Positions 15,226 through 31,649 of a stretch of 64,000 nucleotides of DNA are shown here, one piece after another. Position numbers and translations under genes: made by a program. The notes under the pieces are model-generated. The model did not search any database. It had not been told where the DNA came from and saw only the letters and a list, made by a program, of their open reading frames with translations. The DNA comes from Centroscyllium fabricii. Taxonomy: Eukaryota. The stretch covers positions 1,302,001-1,366,000 of the forward strand of contig JBNRSN020000118.1 of assembly GCA_051313645.2 (NCBI GenBank), given 5' to 3'. Position 1 is the first letter of the stretch; every line of letters begins with the position of its first letter.

Positions 15226-18200
15226 TCTTGTTGTGGTGCACAATGTACAGATGTTCATCATGCTGTGTTGCACACTGTACAGATGTTCATTTTGTTGTGG
15301 TGCACACTGTACAGATGTTCATCTTGTTGTGATGCACACTGTACAGATTTTCATCATGTTGTGGTGCATACTGTACAGATTTTCATCTTTGTTGTGGTGC
15401 CACTGTATAGATGTTCATCGTGTTGTGGTGCACACTGTACAGATGTCCATCGTGTTGTGGTGCACACTGTACAGATGTTCAACATGTCGTGGTGCACACT
15501 GTAAAGATGTTCATCTTGTTGTGGTGCACACTGTACAGATGTTCATCTTGTTGTGATGCACACTGTGCAGATGTTCATCATGTTGTGGTGCACACTGTAC
15601 AGATGTTCATCTTGTTGTGGTGCACACTGTACAGATGTTAATCTTTTTGTGGTGCACACTGTACAGATGTTCATTATGTTGTGGTGCACACTGTACAGAT
15701 GTTCATCTTGTTGTGGTGCCACTGTACAGATGTGCATCGTGTTGTGGTGCACACTGTACAGATGTTCATCATGTTGTGGTGCACACTGTACAGATGTTCA
15801 TCTTGTTGTGGTGCACACTGTACAGATGTTCATCATGTTGTGGTGCACACTGTACAGATTTTCATCATGTTGTGGTGCACACTGTACAGATGTTCATCAT
15901 GTTGTGGTGCACACTGTACAGATGTTCATCATGTTGTGGTGCGCACTGTACAGATGTTCATCATGCTGTGGTGCACACTGTACAGATGTTCATCATGTTG
16001 TCGTGCAGACTGAACAGATGTTCATCATGTTTTGGTGCACACTGTACAGATGTTCAGCATGTTGTGGTGCACACTGTACTGATGTTCATCTTGTTGTGGT
16101 GCACACTGTACAGATGACCATCATGTGGTGGTGCACACTGTACAGATGTTCATCTTGTTGTAGTGCACAATGTACAGATGTCCATCCTGTTATGGAGCAC
16201 ACTGTACAGATGTTAATCTTGTTGTAGTGCAAACTGTACAGATGTTCATCTTTTTGTGGTGCACACTGTACAGATGTTCATCATGTTGTTTTGCACACTG
16301 TACATATGTTCCTCATGTTGTCGTGCACAATTTACAGATGATAATCTTGTTCTGGTGCACACTGTACAGATGTTAATCTTGTTGTGGTGCACACTGTACA
16401 GATGTTCATCCTGTTGTGGTGCACATTGTACAGATGTTCATCATGTTGCGGTGCACACTGTACAGATGTTCATCTTGTTGTGGTGCACACTGTACAGATG
16501 TTCATCATGTTGTGTTGCACACTGTCCAGATTTTCACCAAGTTGTGGTGCACACTGTACAGATGTTCATCATGTTGTGCTGCACACTGTACAGATGTTCA
16601 TCATGTTGTGGTGCGCACTGTACAGATGTTAATCATGCTGTGGTGCACACTGTACAGATGTTCATCATGTTGTCGTGCAGACTGTACAGATGTTCATCAT
16701 GTTGTGGTGCACACTGTACAGATGTTCATCATGTTGTTGGGCACAATGTACAGATGTTCATCTTGTTGTGGTGCTCACAGTACATATGTTCATCATGTTG
16801 ATGTGCACACTGTACAGATGTTCAGCATGTTGTGGTGCGCACTGTACTGATGTTCATCTTGTTGTGGTGCACACTGTACAGATGTCCACCATGTTGTGGT
16901 GCACACTGTACAGATGTTCATCTTGTTGTGGTGCACATTGTACAGATGTTAATCTTGTTGTGGTGCACACTGTACAGATGTTCATCATGTTGCGGTGCAC
17001 ACTTTACAGATGTACAACGTGTTGTGGTGCACACTGTACATATGTTCATCTTGTTGTAGTGCACAATGTACAGATGTCCATCCTGTTATGGTGCACACTG
17101 TACAGATGTTCATCATGTTGTGGTGCACACTGTACAGATGTTCATCATGTTGTGGTGCACACTGTACAGATGTTCAACTTGTTGTAGTGCACACTGTACA
17201 GATGTTCATCATGTTGTGGTGCACACTGCATAGATGTCCATCATGTTGTGGTGCACACTCTACAGATGTTCATCATGTTGTGTTGCACACTGTACAGATG
17301 TTCATCATGTTGTGGTGCACACTGTAAAGATGTTCATCTTGTTGTGGTGCACACTGTGCAGATGTTCATCTTGTTGAGGTGCACACTGTGCAGATGTTCA
17401 TCATGTTGTTGTGCATACTGTACAGATGTTCATCTTGTTGTGGTGCACACTGTACAGATGTTAATCTTGTTGTGGTGCACACTGTACAGATGTTCATTAT
17501 GTTGTGTGTACACTGTACAGATGTTCATCTTGTTGTGGTGCCACTGTACAGATGTTCATCGTGTTGTGGTGCACACTGTACAGATGTTCATCATGTTGTG
17601 GTGAACACTGTACAGATGTGCATCATGCTGTGGTACACACTGTACAGATGTTCATCTTGTTGTGGTGCACACTGTACAGATGTTAATCTTGTTGTGGTGC
17701 ACACTGTCCAGATGTTCATCTTTTTGTGGTGCACACTGTACAGATGTTCATCATGTTGTGGTGCACACTGTACCGATGTTCCTCATGTTGTGGTGCACAC
17801 TGTACAGATGTTCATCTTGTTGTGGTGCACACTGTGCAGATGTTCACCCTGTTGTGGTGCACACTGTAGAGATGTTCATCATGTTGCGGTGCACACTGTA
17901 CAGATGTTCAACTTGTTGTGGTGCACACTGTACAGATGTTCATCTTGTTGTAGTGCACACTTTACAGGTGTCCATCCTGTAATGGTGCACACTGTACAGA
18001 TGTTCATCATGTTGTGGTGCACACTGTACAGATGTTCATCTTGTTGGGGTCCACACTGTACAGAAGTACATCTTGTTGTGGTGCACACTGTACAGATGTT
18101 CATCTTGTTGTGGTGCACACTGTCCAGATGTTCATCTTTTTGTGGTGCACACTGTACAGATGTTCATCATGTTGTGGTGCACACTGTACAGATGTTCCTC

Positions 18201-19556
18201 ATGTTGTGGTGCACACTGTACAGATGTTCATATTGTTGTGGTGCACACTGTGCAGATGTACATCCTGTTGTGGTGCACACTGTAGAGATGTTCATCATCT
18301 TGTGGTGCACACTGTACAGATGTTCATCTTGTTGTAGTGCACACTTTACAGGTTTCCATCCTGTTATGCTGCACACTGTACAGATGTTCATCATGTTGTG
18401 GTGCCCACTGTGCACATGTTCATCATGTTGTGGTGCACACTGTAAAGATGTTCATCTTGTTGTAATGCACACTGTACAGATGTTCATCATGTTGTGGTGC
18501 ACACTGTATAGATGTCCATCATGTTGTGGTGCACACTGTACAGCTGTTCATCATGTTGTGTTGCACACTGAACAGATGTTCATCATGTTGTGGTGCAAAC
18601 TGTAAAGATGTTCTTCTTGTTGTGGTGCACACTGTACAGATGTTCATCTTGTTGTGGTGCACAATGTACAGATGTTCATCATGTTGTGTTGCACACTGTA
18701 CAGATGTTCATTTTGTTGTGGTGCACACTGTACAGATGTTCATCTTGTTGTGGTGCACACTGTACAGATTTTCATCATGTTGTGGTGCATACTGTACAGA
18801 TTTTCATCTTTGTTGTGGTGCCACTGTATAGATGTTCATCGTGTTGTGGTGCACACTGTACAGATGTTCATCGTGTTGTGGTGCACACTGTACAGATGTT
18901 CAACATGTCGTGGTGCACACTGTAAAGATGTTCATCTTGTTGTGGTGCACACTGTACAGATGTTCATCTTGTTGTGATGCACACTGTGCAGATGTTCATC
19001 ATGTTGTGGTGCACACTGTACAGATGTTCATCTTGTTGTGGTGCACACTGTACAGATGTTCATCTTTTTGTGGTGCACACTGTACAGATGTTCATTATGT
19101 TGTGGTGCACACTGTACAGATGTTCATCTTGTTGTGGTGCCACTGTACAGATGTGCATCGTGTTGTGGTGCACACTGTACAGATGTATATCATGTTGTGG
19201 TGCACACTGTACAGATGTTCATCTTGTTGTGGTGCACACTGTACAGATGTTCATCATGTTGTGGTGCACACTGTACAGATTTTCATCATGTTGTGGTGCA
19301 CACTGTACAGATGTTCATCATGTTGTGGTGCACACTGTACAGATGTTCATCATGTTGTGGTGCGCACTGTACAGATGTTCATCATGCTGTGGTGCACACT
19401 GTACAGATGTTCATCATGTTGTCGTGCAGACTGAACAGATGTTCATCATGTTTTGGTGCACACTGTACAGATGTTCAGCATGTTGTGGTGCACACTGTAC
19501 TGATGTTCATCTTTTTGTGGTGCACACTGTACAGATGACAATCATGTGGTGGTGCA
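13555..19556. repeat. Satellite segmental duplication, offset 3421 bp (~13555-16135 vs ~16976-19556)
   Basis: ORF landmarks at constant offset: 13958/17379, 14593/18014, 15105/18526, 15553/18974. Boundaries are approximate. Confidence 0.85.
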
Positions 19557-22500
19557 CACTGTACAGATGTTCATCTTGTTGTGGTGCACACTGTACAGAT
19601 GTTAATCTTGTTGTGGTGCAAACTGTACAGATGTTCATCTTTTTGTGGTGCACACTGTACAGATGTTCATCATGTTGTGGTGCACACTTTACATATCTTC
19701 CTCATGTTGTCGTGCACACTTTACAGATGATAATCTTGTTGTGGTGCACACTGTACAGATGTTAATCTTGTTGTGGTGCACACTGTACAGATGTTCATCC
19801 TGTTGTGGTGCACATCGTACAGATGTTCATCATGTTGCGGTGCACACTGTACAGATGTTCATCTTGTTGTGGTGCACACTGTACAGATGTTCATCATGTT
19901 GTTTTGCACAATGTCCAGATTTTCACCAAGTTGTGGTGCACACTGAACAGATGTTCATCATGTTGTGGTGCACACTGTACAGATGTTCATCATGTTGTGG
20001 TGCGCACTGTACAGATGTTAATCATGCTGTGGTGCACACTGTATAGATGTTCATCATGTTGTCGTGCAGACTGTACAGATGTTCATCATGTTGTGGTGCA
20101 CACTGTACAGATGTTCATCATGTTGTTGTGCACAATGTACAGATGTTCATCTTGTTGTGGTGCACACAGTACATATGTTCATCATGTTGAGGTGCACACT
20201 GTACAGATGTTCAGCATGTTGTGGTGCACACTGTACTGATGTTCATCTTGTTGTGGTGCACACTGTACAGATGTCCATCATGTTGTGGTGCACACTGTAC
20301 AGATGTTCATCTTGTTGTGGTGCACACTGTACAGATGTTAATCTTGTTGTGGTGCACACTGTACAGATGTTCATCTTTTTGTCGTGCAAACTGTACAGAT
20401 GTTCATCATGTTGTGGTGCATACTGTACAGATGTTCCTCATGTTGTGGTGCACACTGTACAGATGTTGATCTTGTTGTGGTGCACACTGTGCAGATGTTA
20501 ATCTTGTTGTGGTGCACACTATACAGATGCTCATCCTGTTGTGGTGCACACTGTACAGATGTTCATCATGTTGTGGTGCACACTGTACAGATGTACAACG
20601 TGTTGTGGTGCACACTGTACAGATGTTTATCTTGTTGTAGTGCACAATGTACAGATGTCCATCCTGTTATGGTGCACACTGTACAGATGTTCATCATGTT
20701 GTGGTGCACAATGTACAGATGTTCTTCATGTTGTGGTGCACACTGTACAGATGTTCAACTTGTTGTAGTGCACACTGTACAGATGTTCATCATGTTGTGG
20801 TGCACACTGCATAGATGTCCATCATGTTGTGGTGCACACTGTACAGATGTTCATCATGTTGTGTTGCACACTGTACAGATGTTCATCATGTTGTGTTGCA
20901 CACTGTAAAGATGTTCATCATGTTGTGGTGCACACTGTACAGATGTTCATCTTGTTGAGGTGCACACTGTGCAGATGTTCATCATGTTGTGGTGCACACT
21001 GTACAGATGTTCATCTTGTTGTGGTGCACACTGTACAGATGTTAATCTTGTTGTGGTGCACACTGTACAGATGTTCGTTATGTTGTGGTGCACACTGTAC
21101 AGATGTTCATCTTGTTGTGGTGCCACTGTACAGATGTTCATCGTGTTGTGGTGCACACTGTACAGATGTTCATCATGTTGTGGTGCACACTGTACAGATG
21201 TGCATCATGTTGTGGTGCACACTGTACAGATGTTAATCTTGTTGGGTTGCACACTGTACAGATGCTAATCTTGTTGTGGTGCACACTGTCCAGATGTTCA
21301 TCTTTTTGTGGTGCACACTGTACAGATGTTCATCATGTTGTGGTGCACACTGTACAGATGTTCCTCATGTTGTGGTGCACACTGTACAGATGTTCATATT
21401 GTTGTGGTGCACACTGTGCAGATGTTCATCCTGTTTGGTGCACACTGTAGAGATGTTCATCATGTTGTGGTGCACACTGTACAGATGTTCTTCTTGTTGT
21501 AGTGCACACTTTACAGGTGTCCATCCTGTTATGGTGCACACTGTACAGATGTTCATCATGTTGTGGTGCACACTGTGCACATGTTCATCATGTTGTGGTG
21601 CACACTGTAAAGATGTTCATCTTGTTGTAATGCACACAGTACAGATGTTCATCATGTTGTGGTGCACACTGTATAGATGTCCATCATGTTGTGGTGCACA
21701 CTGTACAGCTGTTCATCATGTTGTGTTGCACACTGTACAGATGTTCATCATGTTGTGGTGCACACTGTAAAGATGTTCTTCTTGTTGTGGTGCACACTGT
21801 ACAAATGTTCATCTTGTTGTGGTGCACAATGTACAGATGTTCATCATGTTGTGTTGCACACTGTACAGATGTTCATCTTGTTGTGGTGCGCACTGTACAG
21901 ATGTTCATCTTGTTGTGGTGCACACTGTACAGATTTTCATCATGTTGTGGTGCACACTGTACAGATTTTCATCTTTGTTGTGCTGAAACTGTATAGATGT
22001 TCATCGTGTTGTGGTGCACACTGTACAGATGTTCATCGTGTTGTGGTGCACACTGTACAGATGTTCATCTTGTTGTGGTGCACACTGTACAGATGTTCAT
22101 CTTGTTGTGGTGCACACTGTACAGATGTTCATCATGTTGTGGTGCACACTGTACAGATGTTCCTCGTGTTGTGGTGCACACTGTACAGATTTTCATCTTG
22201 TTGTGGTGCACACTGTACAGCTGTTCATCATGTTGTGGTGCAAACTGTGCAGATTTTATGTTGTTGTGCACACTGTACAGATGTTCCTCATGTTGTGGTG
22301 CACACTGTACAAATGTTCATCTTGTTGTGGTGCACACTGTACAGATGTTCATCATGTTGTGGTGCACACAGTACAGATGTGCATCATGTTGTGGTGCACA
22401 CTGTACAGATGCTCATCATGTTGTGGTGCACACTGTACAGATGTTCATCATGTTGTGGTGAACACTGTACAGATGTGCATCTTGTTGTGGTGCACAATGT

Positions 22501-25500
22501 ACAGATGTTCATCATGTTCTGGTGCACACTGTACAGATGTTCATCATGTTGTGGTGCACACTGTACAGATGTTCATCATGTTGTGGTGCACAATGTAGAG
22601 ATGTTCATCATGTTGTGGTGCACACGGTACAGATGTTCATCTTGTTGTGGTGTACACTGCACAGATGTTCATCTTGTTGTGGTGCACATTGTACAGATGT
22701 TAATCTTGTTGTGGTGCACACTGTGCAGATGTTCATCTTTTTGTGGTGCACAATGTACAGATGTTCATCATGTTGTGGTGCACATTGTACAGATGTTCCT
22801 CATGTTGTGGTGCACACTGTACAGATGTTAATCTTGTTTTGGTGCACACTGCACAGATGTTCATCCTTTTGTGGAGCACACTGTACAGATGTTCATCATG
22901 TTGTGGTGCACACTGTACAGATGTTCCTCATGTTGTGGTGCACACTGAACAGATGTTGATCTTGTTGTAGTGCACACTGTACAGATGTTAAACTTGTTGT
23001 GGTGCACACTGTACAGATGTTCATCCTGTTGTGGTGCACACTGTACAGATGTTCATCATGTTGCGGTGCACACTAACAGATGTACAACGTGTTGTGGGGC
23101 ACACTGTACAGATGTTCATCTTGTTGTAATGCACAATGTACTGATGTCCATCCTGTTATGGTGCACACTGTACAGATGTTCATCATGTTGTGCTGCACAC
23201 TGTACAGATGTTCATCATGTTGTGGTGCACACTGTACAGATGTTCAACTTGTTGAAGTGCACACTGTACAGATGTTCATCATGTTGTGGTGCACACAGCA
23301 TAGTTGTCCATCATGTTGTGTTGCACACTGTACAGATGTTCAACATGTCGTGGTGCACACTGTAATGATGTTCATCTTGTTGTGGTGAACACTGTACATA
23401 TGTTCATCTTGTTGTGGTGCACACTGTGCAGATGTTCATCATGTTGTGGTGCACAATGTACAGATATTCATCTTGTTGTGGTGCACACTGTACAGATGTT
23501 AATCTTGTTGTGGAGCACACCATACAGATGTTCATTATGTTGTGGTGCACACTTTACAGATGTTCATCTTGTTGTGGTGCCACTGTACAGATGTGCATCG
23601 TGTTGTGGTGCACATTGTACAGATGTTCATCATGTTGTGAGGCACACTGTACAGATGTTCATCTTGTTGTGGTGCACACTGTACAGATGTTCATCATGTT
23701 GTGGTGCACACTGTACAGATTTTCATCATGTTGTGGTGCACACTGTACAGATGTTCATCATGTTGTGGTGCACACTGTACAGATGTTCATCATTTTGTGG
23801 TGCGCACTGTACAGATGTTCATCATGCTGTGGTACACACTGTACAGATGTTCATCATGTTGTCGTGCAGACTGTACAGATGTTCATCATGTTTTGGTGCA
23901 CACTGTACAGATGTTCAGTATGTTGTGGTGCACACTGTACTGATGTTCATCTTGTTGTGGGGCACACTGTACAGATGTTAATCTTGTTGTAGTGCAAACT
24001 GTACAGATGTTCATCTTGTTGTGGTGCACACTGTACAGATGTTAATCTTGTTGTAGTGCAAACTGTACAGATTTTCATCTTTTTGTGGTGCAAACTGTAC
24101 AGATGTTCATCATGTTGTGGTGCACACTGTACATATGTTCCTGATGTTGTCGTGCACACTTTACAGATGATAATCTTGTTGTTGTGCACACTGTACAGAT
24201 GTTAATCTTGTTGTGGTGCACACTGTACAGATGTTCATCTTTTTGTGGAGCACACTGTACAGATGTTCATCATGTTGTGGTGCACACTTTACAGATGTTC
24301 CTCATGTTGTGGTGCACACTGTACAGATGTTAATCTTGTTGTGGTGCACACTGTACAGATGTTCATCCTGTTTTGGTGCACACTGTACAGATGTTCATCA
24401 TGTTGCGGTGCACACTGTACAGATGTACAACGTGTTGTGGGGCACACTGTACAGATGTTCATCTTGTTGTAGTGCACAATGTACAGATGTCCATCCTGTT
24501 ATGGTGCACACTGTACAGATGTTCATCATGTTGTGCTGCACACTGTACAGATGTTCATCATGTTGTGGTGCACACTGTACAGATGTTCAACTTGTTGTAG
24601 TGCACACCGTACAGATGTTCATCATGTTGTGGTGCACACAGCATAGTTGTCCATCATGTTGTGTTGCACACTGTACAGATGTTCAACATGACGTGGTGCA
24701 CACTGTAAAGATGTTCATCTTGTTGTGGTGAACACTGTACAGATGTTCATCTTGTTGTGGTGCACACTGTGCAGATGTTCATCATGTTGTGGTGCACACT
24801 GTACATATGTTCATCTTGATGTGGGGCACACTGTACAGATGTTAATCTTGTTGTGGTGCACACTGTACAGATGTTCATTATGTTGTGGTGCACACTGTAC
24901 AGATGTTCATCCTGTTGTGGTGCCACTGTACAGATGTGCATCGTATTGTGGTGCACACTGTACAGATGTTCATCATGTTCTGGTGCACACTGTACAGATG
25001 TTCATCTTGTTGTGGTGCACACTGTACAGATGTTCATCATGTTGTGGTGCACACTGTACAGATTTTCATCATGTTGTGGTGCACAATGTACAGATGCTCA
25101 TCTTGTTGTGGTGCACACTGTACATATGTTCCTCATGTTGTCGTGCACACTTTACAGATGATAATCTTGTTGTGGTGCACACTGTACAGATGTTAATCTT
25201 GTTGTGGTGCACACTGTACAGATGTTCATCCTGTTGTGGTGCACATTGTACAGATGTTCATCATGTTGCGGTGCACACTGTACAGATGTTCATCTTGTTG
25301 TGGTGCACACTGAACAGATGTTCATCATGTTGTGCTGCACAATGTACAGATGTTCATCATGTTGTGGTGCGCACTGTACAGATGTTAATCATGCTGTGGT
25401 GCACACTGTACAGATGTTCATCATGTTGTCGTGCAGACTGTACAGATGTTCATCATGTTGTGGTGCACACTGTACAGATGATCATCATGTTGTTGTGCAC

Positions 25501-28500
25501 AATGTACAGATATTCATCTTGTTGTGGTGCACACAGTACATATGTTCATCATGTTGAGGTGCACACTGTACAGATGTTCATCTTGTTGTGGTGCACACTG
25601 TACAGATGTTCATCCTGTTGTGGTGCACACTGTACAGATGTTCATCATGTTGTGGTGCACACTGTACATATGTACAACGTGTTGTGGTGCACACTGTACA
25701 GATGTTCATCTTGTTGTAGTGCACAATGTACAGATGTCAACCCTGTTATGGTGCACACTGTACAGATGTTCATCATATTGTGGTGCACAATGTACAGATG
25801 TTCATCATGTTGTGGTGCACTCTGTAGAGATGTTCAACTTGTTGTAGTGCACACTGTACAGATGTTCATCATGTTGTGGTGCACACTGCATAGATGTCCA
25901 TCATGTTGTGGTGCACAATGTACAGATGTTCATCATGTTGTGTTGCACACTGTACAGATGTTCATCATGTTGTGGTGCACACTGTAAATATGTTCATCTT
26001 GTTGTGGTGCACACTGTACAGATGTTCATCTTGTTGAGGTGCACACTGTGCAGATGTTCATCATGTTGTGGTGCACACTGTACAGATGCTCATCTTGTTG
26101 TGGTGCACACTGTACAGATGTTCATCATGTTGTGGTGCACACTGTACAGATGTTCCTCATGTTGTGGTGCACACTGTACAGATGTTCATATTGTTGTGGT
26201 GCACACTGTACAGATGTTCATTATGTTGTGGTGCACACTGTACAGATGTTCATCTTGTTGTGGTGCCACTGTACAGATGTTCAACGTGTTGTGGTGCACA
26301 CTGTACAGATGTTCATCATGTTGTGGTGCACACTGTACAGATGGGCATCATGTTGTGGTGCACACTGTACAGATGTTCATCTTGTTGTGGTGCACACTGT
26401 ACAGATGATAATCTTGTTGTGGTGCACACTGTCCAGATGTTCATCTTTTTGTGGTGCACACTGTACAGATGTTCATCATGTTGTGGTGCACACTGTACAG
26501 ATGTTCATCATGTTGTGGTGCACACTGTACAGATGATCATATTGTTGTGGTGCACACTGTGCAGATGTTCATCCTGTTGTTGTGCACACTGTAGAGATGT
26601 TCATCATGTTGTGGTGCACACTGTACAGATGTTCAACGTGTTGTGCTGCACACTGTACAGATGTTCATCTTGTTGTAGTGCACACTTTACAGGTGTCCAT
26701 CCTGTTATGGTGCACACTATACAGATGTTCATCATGTTGTGGTGCACACTGTACACATGTTCATCATGTTGTGGTGCACACTGTAAAGATGTTCATCTTG
26801 TTGTAATGCACACTGTACAGATGTTCATCATGTTGTGGTGCACACCGTATAGATGTCCATCATGTTGTGGTGCACACTGTACAGCTGTTCATCATGTTGT
26901 GTTGCACACTGTACAGATGTTCATCATGTTGTGGTGCACACTGTAAAGATGTTCTTCTTGTTTTGGTGCACACTGTACAGATGTTCATCTTGTTGTGCTG
27001 CACACTGTACAGATGTTCATCATGTTGTGGTGCACACTGTACAGATGTTCATCTTGTTGTGGTGCACACTGTACAGATACTCATCTTGTTGTGGTGCACA
27101 CTACAGATTTTCATCATGTTGTGGTGCACACTGTACAGATTTTCATCTTTGTTGTGGTGCCACTGTATAGATGTTCATCGTGTTGTGGTGCACACTGTAC
27201 AGATGTTCATCGTGTTGTTGTGCACACTGTACAGACGTTCATCTTGTTGTGGTGCACACTGTACAGATGTTCATCTTGTTGTGGTGCACACTGTACAGAT
27301 GTTCATCATGTTGTGGTGCACACTATACAGATGTTCCTCATGTTGTGGTGCACACTGTACAGATTGTCATCTTGTTGTGGTGCACACTGTACAGATGTTC
27401 ATCATGTTGTGGTGCACACTGTACAGATGTTCCTCATGTTGTGGTGCACACTGTACAGATTGTCATCTTGTTGTGGTGCACACTGTACAGCTGCTCATCA
27501 TGTTGTGGTGCAAACTGTGCAGATTTTATGTTGTGGTGCACACTGTACAGATGCTCCTCATGTTGTGGTGCACACTGTATAAATGTTCATCTTGTTGTTG
27601 TGCACACTGTACAGATGTTCATCATGTTGTGGTGCACACAGTACAGGTGTGCATCATGTTGTGGTGCACACTGTACAGATGCTCATCATGTTGTGGTGCA
27701 GACTGTACAGATGTTCATCATGTTCTGGTGCGCACTGTACAGATGTTCATCATGTTGTGGTGCACACTGTACAGATGTTCATCGTGTTGTTGTGCACACT
27801 GTACAGATGTTCATCTTGTTGTGGTACACACTGTACAGATGTTCCTCTTGTTGTGGTGCACACTGTACAGATGTTCATCATGTTGTGGTGCACACTATAC
27901 AGATGTTCCTCATGTTGTGGTGCACACTGTACAGATTGTCATCTTGTTGTGTTGCACACTGTACAGATGTGCATCATGTTGTGGTGCACACTGTACAGAT
28001 GTTCCTCATGTTGTGGTGCACACTGTACAGATTGTCATCTTGTTGTGGTGCACACTGTACAGCTGCTCATCATGTTGTGGTGCAAACTGTGCAGATTTTA
28101 TGTTGTGGTGCACACTGTACAGATGTTCCTCATGTTGTGGTGCACACTGTATAAATGTTCATCTTGTTGTGGTGCACACTGTACAGATGTTCATCATGTT
28201 GTGGTGCACACAGTACAGATGTGCATCATGTTGTGGTGCACACTGTACAGATGCTCATCATGTTGCGGTGCAGACTGTACAGATGTTCATCATGTTGTGG
28301 TGCACACTGTACAGATGTTCATCTTGTTGTGGTGCACAATGTACAGATGTTCATCATGTTCTGGTGCACACTGTACAGATGTTCATCATGTTGTGGTGCA
28401 CACTGTACAGATGTACATCATGTTGTGGTGCACACTGTAGAGATGTTCATCATGTTGTGGTGCACACTGCACAGATGTTCATCTTGTAGTGGTGCACACT

Positions 28501-31500
28501 GTACAGATTTTAATCTTGTTGTGGTGCACACTGTCCAGATGTTCCTGTGTTTGTGGTGCACACTGTACAGATGTTCATCATGTTGTGGTGCACACTGTAC
28601 AGATGTTCCTCATGTTGTGGTGCACACTGTACAGATGTTCATCTTGTTGTGCTGCACACTGTACAGATGTTCATCCTGTTGTGGTGCACACTGTAGAGAT
28701 GTTCATCTTGTTGTGCTGCACACTTTACAGGTGTCCATCCTGTTATGGTGCACACTGTACAGATGTTCCTCATGTTGTGGTGCACACTGTACACATGTTC
28801 ATCATGTTGTGGTGCACACTGTAAAGATGTTCATCTTGTTGTAATGCACACTGTACAGATGTTCATCATGTTGTGGTGCACACTGTACAGATGTTCATCT
28901 TGTTGTGGTGCACACTGTACAGATGTTAATCTTATTGTGGTGCACACTGTACAGATGTACATTATGTTGTGGTGCACACTGTACAGATGTTCATCTTGTT
29001 GTGGTGCCACTGTACAGATGTTCATCGTGTTGTGGTGCACACTGTACAGATGTTCATCGTGTTGTGGTGCACACTGTACAGATGTTCATCATGTTGTGGT
29101 GCACAATGTACAGATGTTCATATTGTTGTGGTGCACGCTGTACAGATGTTAATCTTGTTGTGGTGCACACTGTCCAGATGTTCATCTTTCTGTGGTGCAC
29201 ACTGTACAGATGTTCATCATGTTGTGGTGCACACTGTACAGATGTTCCTCATGTTGTGGTGCACAATGTACAGATGTTCATCTTGTTGTGGTGCACACTG
29301 TGCAGATGTTCATCCTGTTGTGGTGCACACTGTACAGATGTTCCTCATGTTGTGGTGCACACTGTATAAATGTTCATCTTGGTGTGGTGCACACTGTACA
29401 GATGTTCATCATGTTGTGGTGCACACAGTACAGATGTGCATCATGTTGTGGTGCACACTGTACAGATGCTCATCATGTTGTGGTGCAGACTGTACAGATG
29501 TTCATCATGTTGTGGTGCACACTGTACAGATGTTCATCTTGTTGTGGTGCACAATGTACAGATGTTCATCATGTTCTGGTGCGCACTGTACAGATGTTCA
29601 TCATGTTGTGGTGCACACTGTACAGATGTTCATCGTGTTGTTGTGCACACTGTACAGATGTTCATCTTGTTGTGGTGCACACTGTACAGATGTTCATCTT
29701 GTTGTGGTGCACACTGTACAGATGTTCATCATGTTGTGGTGCACACTATAAAGATGTTCCTCATGTTGTGGTGCACACTGTACAGATTGTCATCTTGTTG
29801 TGTTGCACACTGTACAGATGTTCATCATGTTGTGGTGCACACTGTACAGATGTTCCTCATGTTGTGGTGCACACTGTACAGATTGTCATCTTGTTGTGGT
29901 GCACACTGTACAGCTGCTCATCATGTTGTGGTGCAAACTGTGCAGATTTTATGTTGTGGTGCACACTGTACAGATGTTCCTCATGTTGTGGTGCACACTG
30001 TATAAATGTTCATCTTGTTGTGGTGCACACTGTACAGATGTTCATCATGTTGTGGTGCACACAGTACAGATGTGCATCATGTTGTGGTGCACACTGTACA
30101 GATGCTCATCATGTTGCGGTGCAGACTGTACAGATGTTCATCATGTTGTGGTGCACACTGTACAGATGTTCATCTTGTTGTGGTGCACAATGTACAGATG
30201 TTCATCATGTTCTGGTGCACACTGTACAGATGTTCATCATGTTGTGGTGCACAATGTACAGATGTTCATCTTGTTGTGGTGCACGCTGTAGAGATGTTAA
30301 TCTTGTTGTGGTGCACACTGTCCAGATGTTCATCTTTCTGTGGTGCACACTGTACAGATGTTCATCATGTTGTGGTGCACACTGTACAGATGTTCCTCAT
30401 GTTGTGGTGCACAATGTACAGATGTTCATCTTGTTGTGGTGCACACTGTGCAGATGTTCATCCTGTTGTGGTGCACACTGTAGAGATGTTCATCATGTTG
30501 CGGTGCACACTGTACAGATGTTCAACGTGTTGTGGTGCACACTGTACAGATGTTCATCTTGTTGTAGTGCACACTTTACAGGTGTCCATCCTGTTATGGT
30601 ACACACTGTACAGATGTTCATCATGTTGTGGTGCACACTGTACACATGTTCATCATGTTGTGGTGCACACTGTAAAGATGTTCATCTTGTTGTAATGCAC
30701 ACTGTACAGATGTTCATCATGTTGTGGTGCCACTGTACAGATGTTCATCGTGTTGTGGTGCACACTGTACAGATGTTCATCGTGTTGTGGTGCACACTGT
30801 ACAGATGTTCATCATGTTGTGGTGCACAATGTACAGATGTTCATCTTGTTGTGGTGCACGCTGTAGAGATGTTAATCTTGTTGTGGTGCACACTGTCCAG
30901 ATGTTCATCTTTCTGTGGTGCACACTGTACAGATGTTCATCATGTTGTGGTGCACACTGTACAGATGTTCCTCAGGTTGTGGTGCACAATGTACAGATGT
31001 TCATCTTGTTGTGGTGCACACTGTGCGGATGTTCATCCTGTTGTGGTGCACACTGTAGAGATGTTCATCATGTTGCGGTGCACACTGTACAGATGTTCAA
31101 CGTGTTGTGGTGCACACTGTACAGATGTTCATCTTGTTGTAGTGCACACTTTACATGTGTCCATCCTGTTATGGTACACACTGTACAGATGTTCATCATG
31201 TTGTGGTGCACACTGTACACATGTTCATCATGTTGTGGTGCACACTGTAAAGATGTTCATCTTGTTGTAATGCACACTGTACAGATGTTCATCATGTTGT
31301 GGTGCACACTGTATAGATGTCCATCATGTTGTGGTGCACACTGTACAGCTGTGCATCATGTTGTGTTGCACACTGTACAGATGTTCATCATGTTGTGGTG
31401 CACACTGTGAAGATGTTCTTCTTGTTGTGGTGCACACTGTACAGATGTTCATCTTGTTGTGGTGCACACTGTACAGATGTTCATCATGTTGTGGTGCACA

Positions 31501-31649
31501 CTGTACAGATGTTCATCTTGTTGTGGTGCACACTGTACAGATGTTCATCCTGTTGTGGTGCACACTGCAAAGATGTTCTTCTTGTTGTGGTGCACACTGT
31601 ATAGATGTCCATCATGTTGTGGTGCACACTTTACAGCTGTTCATCATGT

